Shown piece by piece: positions 20,279 through 28,774 of a DNA stretch of 56,150 nucleotides (within the stretch, counting starts at the first letter, position 1; every line of letters starts with the position of its first letter). Below the pieces are notes generated by a model, which saw only the letters and a list, made by a program, of their open reading frames with translations, was not told where the DNA came from and did no database searches. The DNA is from a virus (Duplodnaviria > Caudoviricetes). The position numbers and the translations under genes are program-made. The stretch is taken from IMG/VR virus record IMGVR_UViG_3300037097_000033, positions 1 through 56,150 of that record. One strand, 5' to 3'.

Positions 20279-20661
20279 CAGCCCTCCAAGAACTCGGTAC
20301 CGCCCGACCCACCCGAGGGGACCGCAGCGTAAGTGAAAGTGGCCGTCGGGAACGACATCACGTAGGGCCGGCCCATGCCGTTGCCGACGAAGAGCACGAC
20401 GCACGGCGTACCGACGGTGGGCGTCCATCCCGGCACGGTCTGATAGGGGGCAGGCCCGTAGCCAACGGTGCCGCCGAAGATGTCGTTGAGGGTGAACCAC
20501 ACGGCCGGTACGGTGACGGCGGGCTGGCCGGCGATGGACACAATGGCAGTGCCCACCTGGGTGACGATGGCTTCCTGCGGGCCGGGCGCGGGCGGGATGG
20601 CCACTCGGATCCCGAGTTGTTCCTTGAGCAGCTTCTGGCCCCAAGCGTTGAAGTCGCTCAT
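20278..20661 (-). CDS. baseplate spike (gpV-like OB fold)
   Basis: [21 protein letters not shown]; position downstream of hub gene. Confidence 0.6.
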   Translation of the reverse strand: MSDFNAWGQKLLKEQLGIRVAIPPAPGPQEAIVTQVGTAIVSIAGQPAVTVPAVWFTLNDIFGGTVGYGPAPYQTVPGWTPTVGTPCVVLFVGNGMGRPYVMSFPTATFTYAAVPSGGSGGTEFLEG

Positions 20662-21965
20662 GGGATTTTTGCCGGGAGACCCCGGACTTCAGGCCGGGGA
20701 GGGATAGGCGCCGGAGCGCTAGCTCCGGAGAGTTCTCGTCCCAGCCAGGGCATACACTGGGACCTATGGAAGCGAGGTACACCTACCGGCTGCGCGTGAC
20801 GCCGGCTCAGGCCCGCTCGCTTCAGGAGGTCTTCGACTCCTGCCGGTTCGTGTGGAACACCTCTCTTGGGCGCTGGCGGGACCTGTGGCGTTACGAGGGC
20901 CTGAGCTTGTCGTGGGTGGAGACGGCGGCCGAGCTGACCGACTGGCGAAGCCGTTTCGACTGGCTGGCCGCGGTGCCGGTGACTCCCCAACAGCAGGTGA
21001 TCCGGGACCTCGGTAAGGCGATCCGGGCTTTCTTCGACCCGAAAAACCCGGCCGGCCGGCCGAGGTTCAAGAAGAAGGGCTCGCACTCCACGGCGTCGTG
21101 GAACGCCAACGGGTTCGCTCTCCGTGAAGGCCGCCTCTCGGTTGCGGTCCGGGCCGGCCGCACTGACCTGCGGGTTGTGTGGTCCCGGGACTTGCCCACG
21201 GCGCCGAAGTCGGTAACCGTCTACCGGGACGCCGCTGGTCGTTGGTGGGCAAGCTTCGTCGTGCGGGTCGAGGCCGATGACGTTGGCGTTACTGGGGCCA
21301 GCACCGGCCTGGATGTGGGACTGACCACCTTCGCCACTACGGAGTTCCCGGGCGCCGATGTCTCTAATCCTCGTTTTGCCCGTCAGGCTGCCAAAGCGCT
21401 CGCTCGTTCGCACCACAACCTTTCCCGCAAGAAGAAAGGGTCGAGCAACAGGTCCAGGGCGAAGACAACCACAGCGAAGGTGTATGCGCACACCACCAAC
21501 CAACGGAAGGACTGGCAGCACAAAGAGGCCCGCAAACTGGCCCGGCGGTTCGACCGTATCGGCGTCGAAGACCTCCGCATCAAGAACATGGTCCGTAACC
21601 GGCACCTCGCCCGGGCCATCTCCGACGCCGGATGGGGCGACTTCCTCGCCGCCCTCAACTGGCACGCCCGTAAGGCTGGGCACGAGGTCGTGCGCCTCGA
21701 TCCCCGCAACACTTCTCAAACCTGCTCCGGGTGTGGTGCGAAAGCCAAGCACCACCTCGGGTTGGCAGACCGAACCTTCTTGTGCGAAGAGTGTGGACTG
21801 GTCGAAGACCGGGACCGCAACGCAGCACGGAACCTGAACCCGGACCGGTGGGATAAATCCGTACGGGTAGGTCAGGGCGTCGACGGCCGTAAGACCTTGG
21901 TCCCTGCGGGGACTGAGGCAGCCTGAGCCCCAGAATCCCCGTCGTTTACGTCGGGGAGTTGTCAA
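20662..21965 (+). mobile_element. IS200/IS605-family element, TnpB only (IS1341-type)
   Basis: left hairpin GAGA-CCCCGG..CCGGGGAG, right hairpin GAAT-CCCCG..CGGGGAG ending TCAA at 21965; TCAT immediately 5' of left end. Confidence 0.85.
20766..21926 (+). CDS. tnpB: RNA-guided endonuclease TnpB
   Basis: [11 protein letters not shown]; RuvC GLDVG / VEDL / DRDRNAARN; CSGC..CEEC zinc ribbon. Confidence 0.95.
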   Translation: MEARYTYRLRVTPAQARSLQEVFDSCRFVWNTSLGRWRDLWRYEGLSLSWVETAAELTDWRSRFDWLAAVPVTPQQQVIRDLGKAIRAFFDPKNPAGRPRFKKKGSHSTASWNANGFALREGRLSVAVRAGRTDLRVVWSRDLPTAPKSVTVYRDAAGRWWASFVVRVEADDVGVTGASTGLDVGLTTFATTEFPGADVSNPRFARQAAKALARSHHNLSRKKKGSSNRSRAKTTTAKVYAHTTNQRKDWQHKEARKLARRFDRIGVEDLRIKNMVRNRHLARAISDAGWGDFLAALNWHARKAGHEVVRLDPRNTSQTCSGCGAKAKHHLGLADRTFLCEECGLVEDRDRNAARNLNPDRWDKSVRVGQGVDGRKTLVPAGTEAA

Positions 21966-21972
21966 GGGCGCC

Positions 21973-22947
21973 TCACAGATATTGAAGGGTGGGCGTTCCG
22001 AGCCTGACCGCCTCGGCCGACATCGGCGCCTGAAGCGTCATCGTCCCTTGTGGGTTATAGAGGTTGCGGGCCATGCTGAACACGAGCCACGGGTTGCGCC
22101 CGAGCGGGCCCATGCGGGCGAGCGTCACAGCGTCGCCGGGTTTCCACGGCCACAGGTCGCTCATCGCCGTGACCGTGACCTGCCCCAGAGGCATGCCAAT
22201 GTCATAAGTGCCGTCCATGTTCAAGATGGCCGGCGTGAATTCGGTGAGCGTGCCAGCCGAGCCAAACTCGCTCATTAGCCACTGGTCCGAGCCCAGGTAG
22301 AGCACGCCTTCGCACTCGTAGGCCCGGTAGCCGGCCGAGTTGGCCAGCCGGTTGATGGCCGTCCAGCTGTCCTCGTTGGGCGTCGACGTCGTACCCCGGG
22401 AGATGGTGACGGACTGGCTGACCGTGGTGGATGCGGTGAAGCCCGAACCCGTGTCGAAGCTGACCGGCCCCGGCTCGGCCTTGAGCGTGGCCCCGGGAAC
22501 CTTCGCCAGTAGGCTCTCGACGAAGCCGACGAGGTCAGTGGCCGACTTCCACGCCAGCGGTCCGCTCTGCTTGCGCAGGTCGTAGGCCAGCGCGGCCTCG
22601 AAGGTGATCTGCAGCTGGTCGGCCTGCTTGGCGAAAGCGACCAGGGCGAAGTTCAGCCCGTCGAAGGTCATCGTGTCGCCGAAGTCGAACAGCGCCGAGT
22701 TGAGGATGGAGCGCGAGGCGTCCTGTAGCTGCAGCACTGCGTACGAGGCGCCGTCGATCTGACGGTTCATCTGCAGGTCGGTCACGCCGGATGTCAGGTC
22801 AGTGGGTACGCCTGGCGGGGTATCGCCCGGGTTGACGATGGGCACCAACTGGGACAATGGCACTTCGCCCACAAGCACGTCCGCCGCGCTGAGCTGCGTG
22901 CTAAAGCCTTTGGCCGGGGTGACCCCGAGGACCGGGACGGTGCTCAC
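21973..22947 (-). CDS. baseplate hub protein
   Basis: NEDSWTAINRLANSAGYRAYECEGVLY; follows LysM gene. Confidence 0.7.
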   Translation of the reverse strand: MSTVPVLGVTPAKGFSTQLSAADVLVGEVPLSQLVPIVNPGDTPPGVPTDLTSGVTDLQMNRQIDGASYAVLQLQDASRSILNSALFDFGDTMTFDGLNFALVAFAKQADQLQITFEAALAYDLRKQSGPLAWKSATDLVGFVESLLAKVPGATLKAEPGPVSFDTGSGFTASTTVSQSVTISRGTTSTPNEDSWTAINRLANSAGYRAYECEGVLYLGSDQWLMSEFGSAGTLTEFTPAILNMDGTYDIGMPLGQVTVTAMSDLWPWKPGDAVTLARMGPLGRNPWLVFSMARNLYNPQGTMTLQAPMSAEAVRLGTPTLQYL

Positions 22948-23696
22948 GAGCTCGGCATTATGAGGACCTGACCCACCTGGATGTTATTTGGGTCGCGTAT
23001 ATTATTGGCGGAGGCTATGGTCGGCCACAGGGCCACGTTGCCGAGCACCCGGGCGGCGATGCCTGAGAGCGTGTCGCCGGACTTGACCACGTACGTGCGC
23101 CGGGAGGTGGTCGACACGTGGGAGGACGTGAGCGCCTTCTGTGCCACCTTGGCGGGCGAAAGGTTGGTCAGGACGGCGGCCGTAGCCGAGCAGTACTCGT
23201 ACAGTGTGACGTGGATCGACTGCTGGGTGCGGGCGCCATCGTCGTTGCGGATGACATTGTCCTGGTCGAACTTCAGCGTGTAGACGATCCAGTACAGCGC
23301 CTTGGCTTGGGCGTCGATCGGGCCCTTGACCGAGAGCACGGGCGGCTGGATGCCGCCGGCGGGCGGGTACTGCCAGGCGAACAGGCGGGCGGCGTCAGGC
23401 TCGACCGAGGTGCCGCCGCCGTCTAGGAGCAGGTCGAGCACGAGCGACATGGGCGAGGCGTCGTACCACTGGGTGATGGCTTTCTGGCGCGGCCTGTCGA
23501 CTATCTGCCAGCCGCCCGACGAGCCAGCACTGACGGGCTCGCAGGTGGCGTCGCCGACCATCCCGAAGTTGACCGACGTGCCCTTGGGTAGCACCGGGGT
23601 GAGCGTGAGCGCGTACGGCCCCGCCGAGCTCGCTGCCGTCCCCGAACTTGCCGGCCTGACGGACACCCCAGTAGTGCCGGGGATAGTGACAATCAT
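22944..23696 (-). CDS. tail tube initiator with C-terminal LysM
   Basis: YVVKSGDTLSGIAARVLG..WPTIASANNIRDPNNIQVGQVL. Confidence 0.85.
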   Translation of the reverse strand: MIVTIPGTTGVSVRPASSGTAASSAGPYALTLTPVLPKGTSVNFGMVGDATCEPVSAGSSGGWQIVDRPRQKAITQWYDASPMSLVLDLLLDGGGTSVEPDAARLFAWQYPPAGGIQPPVLSVKGPIDAQAKALYWIVYTLKFDQDNVIRNDDGARTQQSIHVTLYEYCSATAAVLTNLSPAKVAQKALTSSHVSTTSRRTYVVKSGDTLSGIAARVLGNVALWPTIASANNIRDPNNIQVGQVLIMPSS

Positions 23697-23723
23697 CCTT
23701 AGTCACGCTCCTCGGATGAGGTG

Positions 23724-23729
23724 TATAGT
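23724..23729 (+). promoter_or_regulatory. -10 box of a probable leaderless transcript
   Basis: TATAGT 6 nt upstream of ATG 23736, no SD. Confidence 0.5.
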
Positions 23730-23735
23730 CCGGCC

Positions 23736-24080
23736 ATGATCAAGCGTTTCGTGGCCGTGGTAGCTATCGTCTTGGGGGCAACTGCCCTCACGGCGACAGC
23801 CTCCGCATCATCGGTCGGTTTCTACAACATGAAGACCCTGGATGCCTCTGTCCGCTCTGCCATTGGGAAGAACCTGAGAGCGGTCAACGCCCTCCAGGGC
23901 TATTCGCTCGTCCTCAAAAACGTGACGTGCGTCCCCGCTGACCTGAACTACTTCTGCAAATACGTCCTCCGCGATCCGGGCATAAACCTGACGCTCTCGT
24001 ACCTGGAACAGGTCAAGGTCTACGACGACGGCTACGCCTGGAAGTCTGTTGGCAACCCGACGCTCATGTCGGCACCCTGA
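23736..24080 (+). CDS. secreted protein (moron)
   Basis: Sec signal MIKRFVAVVAIVLGATALTATASA; two Cys; antisense to tail operon. Confidence 0.75.
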   Translation: MIKRFVAVVAIVLGATALTATASASSVGFYNMKTLDASVRSAIGKNLRAVNALQGYSLVLKNVTCVPADLNYFCKYVLRDPGINLTLSYLEQVKVYDDGYAWKSVGNPTLMSAP

Positions 24081-24085
24081 AACCC

Positions 24086-27000
24086 CTACTTCCTAGCGAC
24101 CGACTGCTTCGTCCCGGCAACGGCGGCGCTGTGGATGTTGGCCGGTTTGAACGCCGTCGCAGCGTTAGCGGCAGCGGTACCGAGCTTGCCGGCCGCCGTC
24201 TCTAACTGACTGGCCGCACTGGTGAGGTTGAACGCCGCCGTCTGAGTCGTGTTCGCAGCGTTGGTCTGCTGGCTGGCCGCGTTTAGGAACTTCGAGAGCG
24301 TCGCCGTCTCCTGCTTGGCCGCGTCGGAGAGCTGAGAGGCGCTCATCTTGTTATGGTCGGCAGCGTCCTGCTGCTTGACCGCTGCAGCGATGAGCTGAGT
24401 CTCCGCCCCGGCCACGGACTTGTCCTGGCCCGCTCCGGCCTTCATCTTGCTGGCGGCCGTGAGCGCACTGACGAAGGCGTTGACAGAGGGAGCAGAGACG
24501 CCCATGGCCGTCCCAAGGTGGCCAGCCGGGCTCCGGGCGTAGAGTTGCGCCGCCGTCGGGAACTGGGCCTGGTAGGCCGTCAGACTGCCTCGGGCGTTGC
24601 GCTGGGCCGTTCCCGCTGCCACCGCTGCCCCGGCCAGCCCCTCGTAGGCCATGGAGTGCAGGCCCGGGTGCGTGCGCTCGTAGACGGCGAGGCTCCCCGT
24701 GGCGTTGCGGTCGGCAGTCTGCGCCACGCTGAGGCGCTGCTGGAGTTGCTTGGTGAAGATCGGGTTTGCCTTGGTTTGGCGAGTGGTGAACGAGCCCATC
24801 AGCCCGGCGAGAGCACCGATGCCCCCGCCAACAAGCCAGTTCAGGCCAGGGATGGGGATAACGCTTGCAATGGTGGCGCCGAGGATCGCACCGTGGGCCA
24901 CGTCGACGGCGGTGCGGTCCTCTTGTGAGGTCAGGTGCTTCGTCTTCAGGTAGGGCTCGCCGTATTTGTTGAAGGCGTAGAGGGCCGCGGCTCCGACGAC
25001 TGCCTTGGTGGCAGCCCCGAGTGCGAACTGCTTCAGGTTCTTGCCGCCGAGGCTGAACATGCCGAACAGCCCGGCGTCCTCCTCCAGGCCCGTGGCCGCG
25101 GTGCCTTCGCCTGCAGGTACCAGTGACGTGCCTCCGCCGCCTGGCAACCTCGTGCCGGGCACGCCCATGAGCCGGTCGGCCGCCACCTGCAGGCTCCCCC
25201 CGGCGGCGTTCAGGCTGGTGCCGGCGACGTTGAGCGACGCACTCGAAGCGGCAGACGAGCCGCCTAAGAGGTACCGGACGCCAGAGCCGAGCTTCTCGAT
25301 GACCGAGATCGTCTTTATGGTCGCAGCACCAGCCACGATCGAACCAGCAAGGATGCCCAACGCGGCCAAGGCGCCCTTGTTCTTGCCGAACCACTGGCCG
25401 ACGCTGAGCAGGTCTTTGCCGAAGGTCTCCAGCGCCGGGGTGATGTCCTGGCCGATCTTGATGGTCAGGTTCTCGAACGCCTGCCCCAGCTTGGCGAACG
25501 TGACGGTCGGCTCACCGAAGGCGAGGGCGAGCTCACTGCCGTAGGTCTTCGGGTTCTCACCTGCAACGATCCCGGTTTGTTTAGCTGTAGCGGTGGCGCT
25601 CTCGTTCATGAGCTGCATGATGGCGGCGCCGGTATGACCGCCTCCGAACATGCCGCCGATGATGGCGGACTGCACGCTCTTCTCCGCTTCAGTGCCGGTG
25701 GTGCCCTTGGCGAAGCCCATCCCTGCCAGTTGCGCCGTGGTCATCTTGGCGAAGCTGGCGATGCCGCCCGCGCTCTCCATGACGGACGCCTGTGCCGGGG
25801 TGAAGCCGAGGACGCGCAGGTATTCGCCCGCACCGGAGCCGACGCCCTTAGTGCCGCCGGTGATGGTGCCCAAGCCGCCGCCGTAGAAGGCGCTGGCAAA
25901 CGTCGAGCCCGTCACGCGTCCGGTCGTCAACGTGTTCAGGTAGCTGAGGAGCGCAGCGCCGCCCTTCGAGCGCAGCGTGCTAGCGGCGGTGGTGATGTTG
26001 CCGCCGAACAGCTCGAATCCTTCCGACGCCTTGGCCGACGGGGCGGCAAGCATGCCGATGGCGGTCTTGAGCCGGGTGGATGCGCTGGTGGCCCCCATGG
26101 CTGGCGTCAGCACGTCGAGCCACGCGCCGACGGTGTTCAAGGGGATACCGAAGGTCTTGGCGATGGACAGAAGGCCGGTGCCCATGGCCGCCGAGACGCC
26201 GCCGACGGTGATGTCGCCGTGGCCGGTAACGGCGTTGATCCACTCGTTTATCGCTTTACCCGAGGCGGCCGAGTAGGTGAGAGCTTTACCGCCAGCAGTG
26301 AGGGACAGTTGATTGCTGACGATAGCCCCGTACGCCTTGGACTCAGCCGTCGGGTTCGCTGAGTTGCCCGCCAAGACGTTGAGCTCGGCCGCCTGGTTGG
26401 TCATGGCCAGCAGCGACGAGGTGCTCGTCTTCAGCGCCGGGTTGGCCGATGCAAGGTAGTAGGCCATGTTGGCGACGTTGGTGGCCGACATGCCGGTGGC
26501 GTCGCTGATCTTCATGAAGCCAGCGGCCAGGGCGGGCAACTGCTTGGCGCTGAGGCCGGCATTGATCCCGAGCTGGGTGACCTGCTGGTTGTAGGTGAGG
26601 AACTTCTTGACGCCCTCATATCCCACTACCGCACCGATGATCGAGCCCCACTTGAGGATCTTGGTCGACCCGGCCACGGCGGCGTCCCACGAACCGGCCA
26701 CACCGGCGGCGGCGGTCTTCGATGCGTCGGCCACTTTGCCTTGGGAGGCGACCACGGCGTCCGAGGCAACCCCGACCTTCTCGGCTGCGAGCTCAGACGC
26801 GCCGGCGATGTCGCTTTGGGCACCAACGATGGCGTCCCGGGCGGCGACCGTCTCAGTTGCCTCCGCCTTGACGGCATCCGCACTGGCGCCAGCACTCGTC
26901 TTGACCGCGTCGGCCGACTCCTCGGCGCTGTCGGAGATGGTGCCGGCCGTCTCTTTGGCCAGCTCGGCCGCCCGCTCCTGCTCGTCGTTGAAGGCGGCTA

Positions 27001-27097
27001 GGGCCTCGGTGGCTGCCTGGAGCCCGGCCCTGAAGGTATCCGCATCCAATAAAACAAGCCTGGCTCCAACAGCTTCAACGGCCCCCATATCGCTCAC
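24086..27097 (-). CDS. tape measure protein
   Basis: 1003 aa, Ala/Gly-rich, downstream of tail chaperones. Confidence 0.9.
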   Translation of the reverse strand: MSDMGAVEAVGARLVLLDADTFRAGLQAATEALAAFNDEQERAAELAKETAGTISDSAEESADAVKTSAGASADAVKAEATETVAARDAIVGAQSDIAGASELAAEKVGVASDAVVASQGKVADASKTAAAGVAGSWDAAVAGSTKILKWGSIIGAVVGYEGVKKFLTYNQQVTQLGINAGLSAKQLPALAAGFMKISDATGMSATNVANMAYYLASANPALKTSTSSLLAMTNQAAELNVLAGNSANPTAESKAYGAIVSNQLSLTAGGKALTYSAASGKAINEWINAVTGHGDITVGGVSAAMGTGLLSIAKTFGIPLNTVGAWLDVLTPAMGATSASTRLKTAIGMLAAPSAKASEGFELFGGNITTAASTLRSKGGAALLSYLNTLTTGRVTGSTFASAFYGGGLGTITGGTKGVGSGAGEYLRVLGFTPAQASVMESAGGIASFAKMTTAQLAGMGFAKGTTGTEAEKSVQSAIIGGMFGGGHTGAAIMQLMNESATATAKQTGIVAGENPKTYGSELALAFGEPTVTFAKLGQAFENLTIKIGQDITPALETFGKDLLSVGQWFGKNKGALAALGILAGSIVAGAATIKTISVIEKLGSGVRYLLGGSSAASSASLNVAGTSLNAAGGSLQVAADRLMGVPGTRLPGGGGTSLVPAGEGTAATGLEEDAGLFGMFSLGGKNLKQFALGAATKAVVGAAALYAFNKYGEPYLKTKHLTSQEDRTAVDVAHGAILGATIASVIPIPGLNWLVGGGIGALAGLMGSFTTRQTKANPIFTKQLQQRLSVAQTADRNATGSLAVYERTHPGLHSMAYEGLAGAAVAAGTAQRNARGSLTAYQAQFPTAAQLYARSPAGHLGTAMGVSAPSVNAFVSALTAASKMKAGAGQDKSVAGAETQLIAAAVKQQDAADHNKMSASQLSDAAKQETATLSKFLNAASQQTNAANTTQTAAFNLTSAASQLETAAGKLGTAAANAATAFKPANIHSAAVAGTKQSVARK

Positions 27098-27150
27098 GGG
27101 CGTATCTCCTTAGCGTGGGGGTTGGCGGGTATAGCGACGGAGTAAGATCT

Positions 27151-27183
27151 TTGACGAGTACCCATATATGCGTATGGACTCGC
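27151..27183 (+). promoter_or_regulatory. putative promoter with imperfect palindrome for the RAMP-like moron
   Basis: TTGACG then CGAGTacCCATA-tatgcg-TATGGACTCG. Confidence 0.45.
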
Positions 27184-27207
27184 CGCTGGCTAGGAGACAG
27201 CGTTCTT

Positions 27208-27825
27208 ATGGCTGAGATCGAGATCAAGCGGATCGGCCGTCACATGGCCGTCATCCCCATCAAGGGGACAGCACCCCTGATCGTTCACCGCTTCGACGAG
27301 AAGTCGAAGCAGACAATGCTGGACAGCATGCAGGGCCGCAAGAAGCCCAAAGAAACACGGGATCCCGATGCCGACTATCAGCGGGCGTTCCACCGCCTGC
27401 CGAATGGCGATTACGGTTTTCCGGCCACGGCGTTCAAAGCTGCGACCGTGGGAGGTGCCCGCTATTTTCAGGACAAGAAATTGTCCATGACCTTGCTCAA
27501 GCAATCGCTGTTCGTGACCGGCGAAGGTCCCGACATGCTCGTTCCCATCGAGGGCGCCGAGCCGAAGATGCGAGAGGACCATGTTCGCATCAGCATGAGT
27601 TCCACCGACCTGCGCTACCGGCCGATGTTTGACCCGTGGGGCACGACCCTGAACGTCATCTTCGTGCCGACACTTCTCAGCCTTGAGTCGGTGGTCGCCC
27701 TAGTCGATGCCGGTGGCCTTGGTGGCGTAGGCGAGTGGCGCCCGTCATCCAAGATGTCAGCGACCGGTGTCTACGGCACCTATCAGGTCGACATGGAGTC
27801 CGAGGTCAAGGAGATCAAGCGGTGA
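27208..27825 (+). CDS. Cas7/RAMP-like RNA-binding protein
   Basis: IKGTAPLIVH strand, YGFPATAFKAA helix, RYRPMFDPW, Gly-rich loop GGLGGVGEWRP...GVYGTYQV; AGGAG RBS. Confidence 0.75.
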   Translation: MAEIEIKRIGRHMAVIPIKGTAPLIVHRFDEKSKQTMLDSMQGRKKPKETRDPDADYQRAFHRLPNGDYGFPATAFKAATVGGARYFQDKKLSMTLLKQSLFVTGEGPDMLVPIEGAEPKMREDHVRISMSSTDLRYRPMFDPWGTTLNVIFVPTLLSLESVVALVDAGGLGGVGEWRPSSKMSATGVYGTYQVDMESEVKEIKR

Positions 27826-28250
27826 GCAAACGCCAAGTTATCGAGGAAGCACTACAGGCCATCTATGACGAGAGGGGCGACCTCGTGCCAGCACAGATCG
27901 TCACGCTCGCTTCAGATGCCGCCCACCCGCTACATCCGTTCTTCACCTGGGACGATTCGACAGCGGCAGCCAAGTACCGGCTCGGCCAAGCTCAGGCCCT
28001 GGTCCGGTCGGTCAAGATCAAGGTCGTCACCGATAACGACACTTACAGCGTGCGCGCTTGGCACGCTCTGCGCAATGTCGGCCAGGACCGGACTGGCTAC
28101 GTGCCCGACTCGGAGGTCCAAGAAAATCCTGAACAGCGGAAGTTCCTTCTTCAATCGTTCAAGCGGGACTGGAATGCGATGAAGCGTCGCTATGAACACG
28201 TCGACGAGTTTTGGGACGTCATCCGCCAGGATGTGCCCGTAGCCGTTTAG
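27822..28250 (+). CDS. accessory protein coupled to the RAMP-like gene
   Basis: GTGA overlap; HPLHPFFTWDDSTAAAKYRLGQAQALVRSV. Confidence 0.75.
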   Translation: MSKRQVIEEALQAIYDERGDLVPAQIVTLASDAAHPLHPFFTWDDSTAAAKYRLGQAQALVRSVKIKVVTDNDTYSVRAWHALRNVGQDRTGYVPDSEVQENPEQRKFLLQSFKRDWNAMKRRYEHVDEFWDVIRQDVPVAV

Positions 28251-28252
28251 TA

Positions 28253-28537
28253 GTTCAGTCATGGAAGGGTTAGGTCGGTCCCGGTGCTGCTCGGAGCGGC
28301 AGTGCTGGCCGTGGCAGTAATGGCTAGGAGGGCATAGGCGCGGCGTGGCAGGTTGGGTGCGGCTTGGCCAGGCGCGGCGTGGTACGTCAGGGTTCTGCTC
28401 GGCGCGCAATGGCAGGCGAGGTCAGGAATGGTGCGGTACGTCATGTTCGGGTTTGGCGTGGCAGGTTGGGTGCGGCTCGGCCAGGCGCGTCTTGTTGCTG
28501 AGCGTCTGGGTGCGGCAGGAATGGTGCAGCGGGGTGC
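28253..28537 (+). ncRNA. 5-nt periodic (GGY-NN)n array split by GGCA; putative guide RNA precursor
   Basis: 53 pentamers in six blocks (12, 6, 12, 9, 10, 4) separated by GGCA at 28313, 28347, 28411, 28460, 28514. Confidence 0.75.
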
Positions 28538-28540
28538 CGT

Positions 28541-28774
28541 TTATAGGCCGATGTGGGCGATCTGCTCGCGCACCGCCTTGAACTGCTCGCTCAGGAACTT
28601 GAGCTGGTCGAGCCGGCGCTTGCCGTCAAGCTCTAAAGCCTTGGCGAGGACGGCCGTGCGGATCTGGAGCTCGTCACCTGTCGAGGCCAGCCATTCCATC
28701 GGGTCGTGACCGAGCAGTGCCACGTAGGCGGCCTGTTCAACTAAGGAGTGGCCCTTTAGGGCCTCGGAAAACCC
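28541..28774 (-). CDS. tail assembly chaperone -1 frameshift extension (gpGT-like)
   Basis: -1 frame open from the slippery site: FSEALKGHSLVEQAAY...IGL. Confidence 0.7.
   Translation of the reverse strand, partial: GFSEALKGHSLVEQAAYVALLGHDPMEWLASTGDELQIRTAVLAKALELDGKRRLDQLKFLSEQFKAVREQIAHIGL

Noticed and set aside
18197-20782. Diversity-generating retroelement acting on the tail fibre; ORF-track start at 20782
   Set aside because: No reverse transcriptase or adenine-variant repeat pair seen; the upstream extension overlaps the spike gene and IS, so the likely start is 20278.
20658-21965. 435-aa minus-strand ORF spanning the IS, or an IStron that would splice out
   Set aside because: Antisense shadow of tnpB with no recognisable domain; no room for a group I intron core, and the element is antisense to the host transcript.
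28253-28537. CRISPR array or protein-coding ORFs (28259-28444, 28345-28581, 28353-28709) over the periodic region
   Set aside because: No 25-40 bp repeat with unique spacers; period 5 does not fit codon structure, and the translations are low-complexity by-products.
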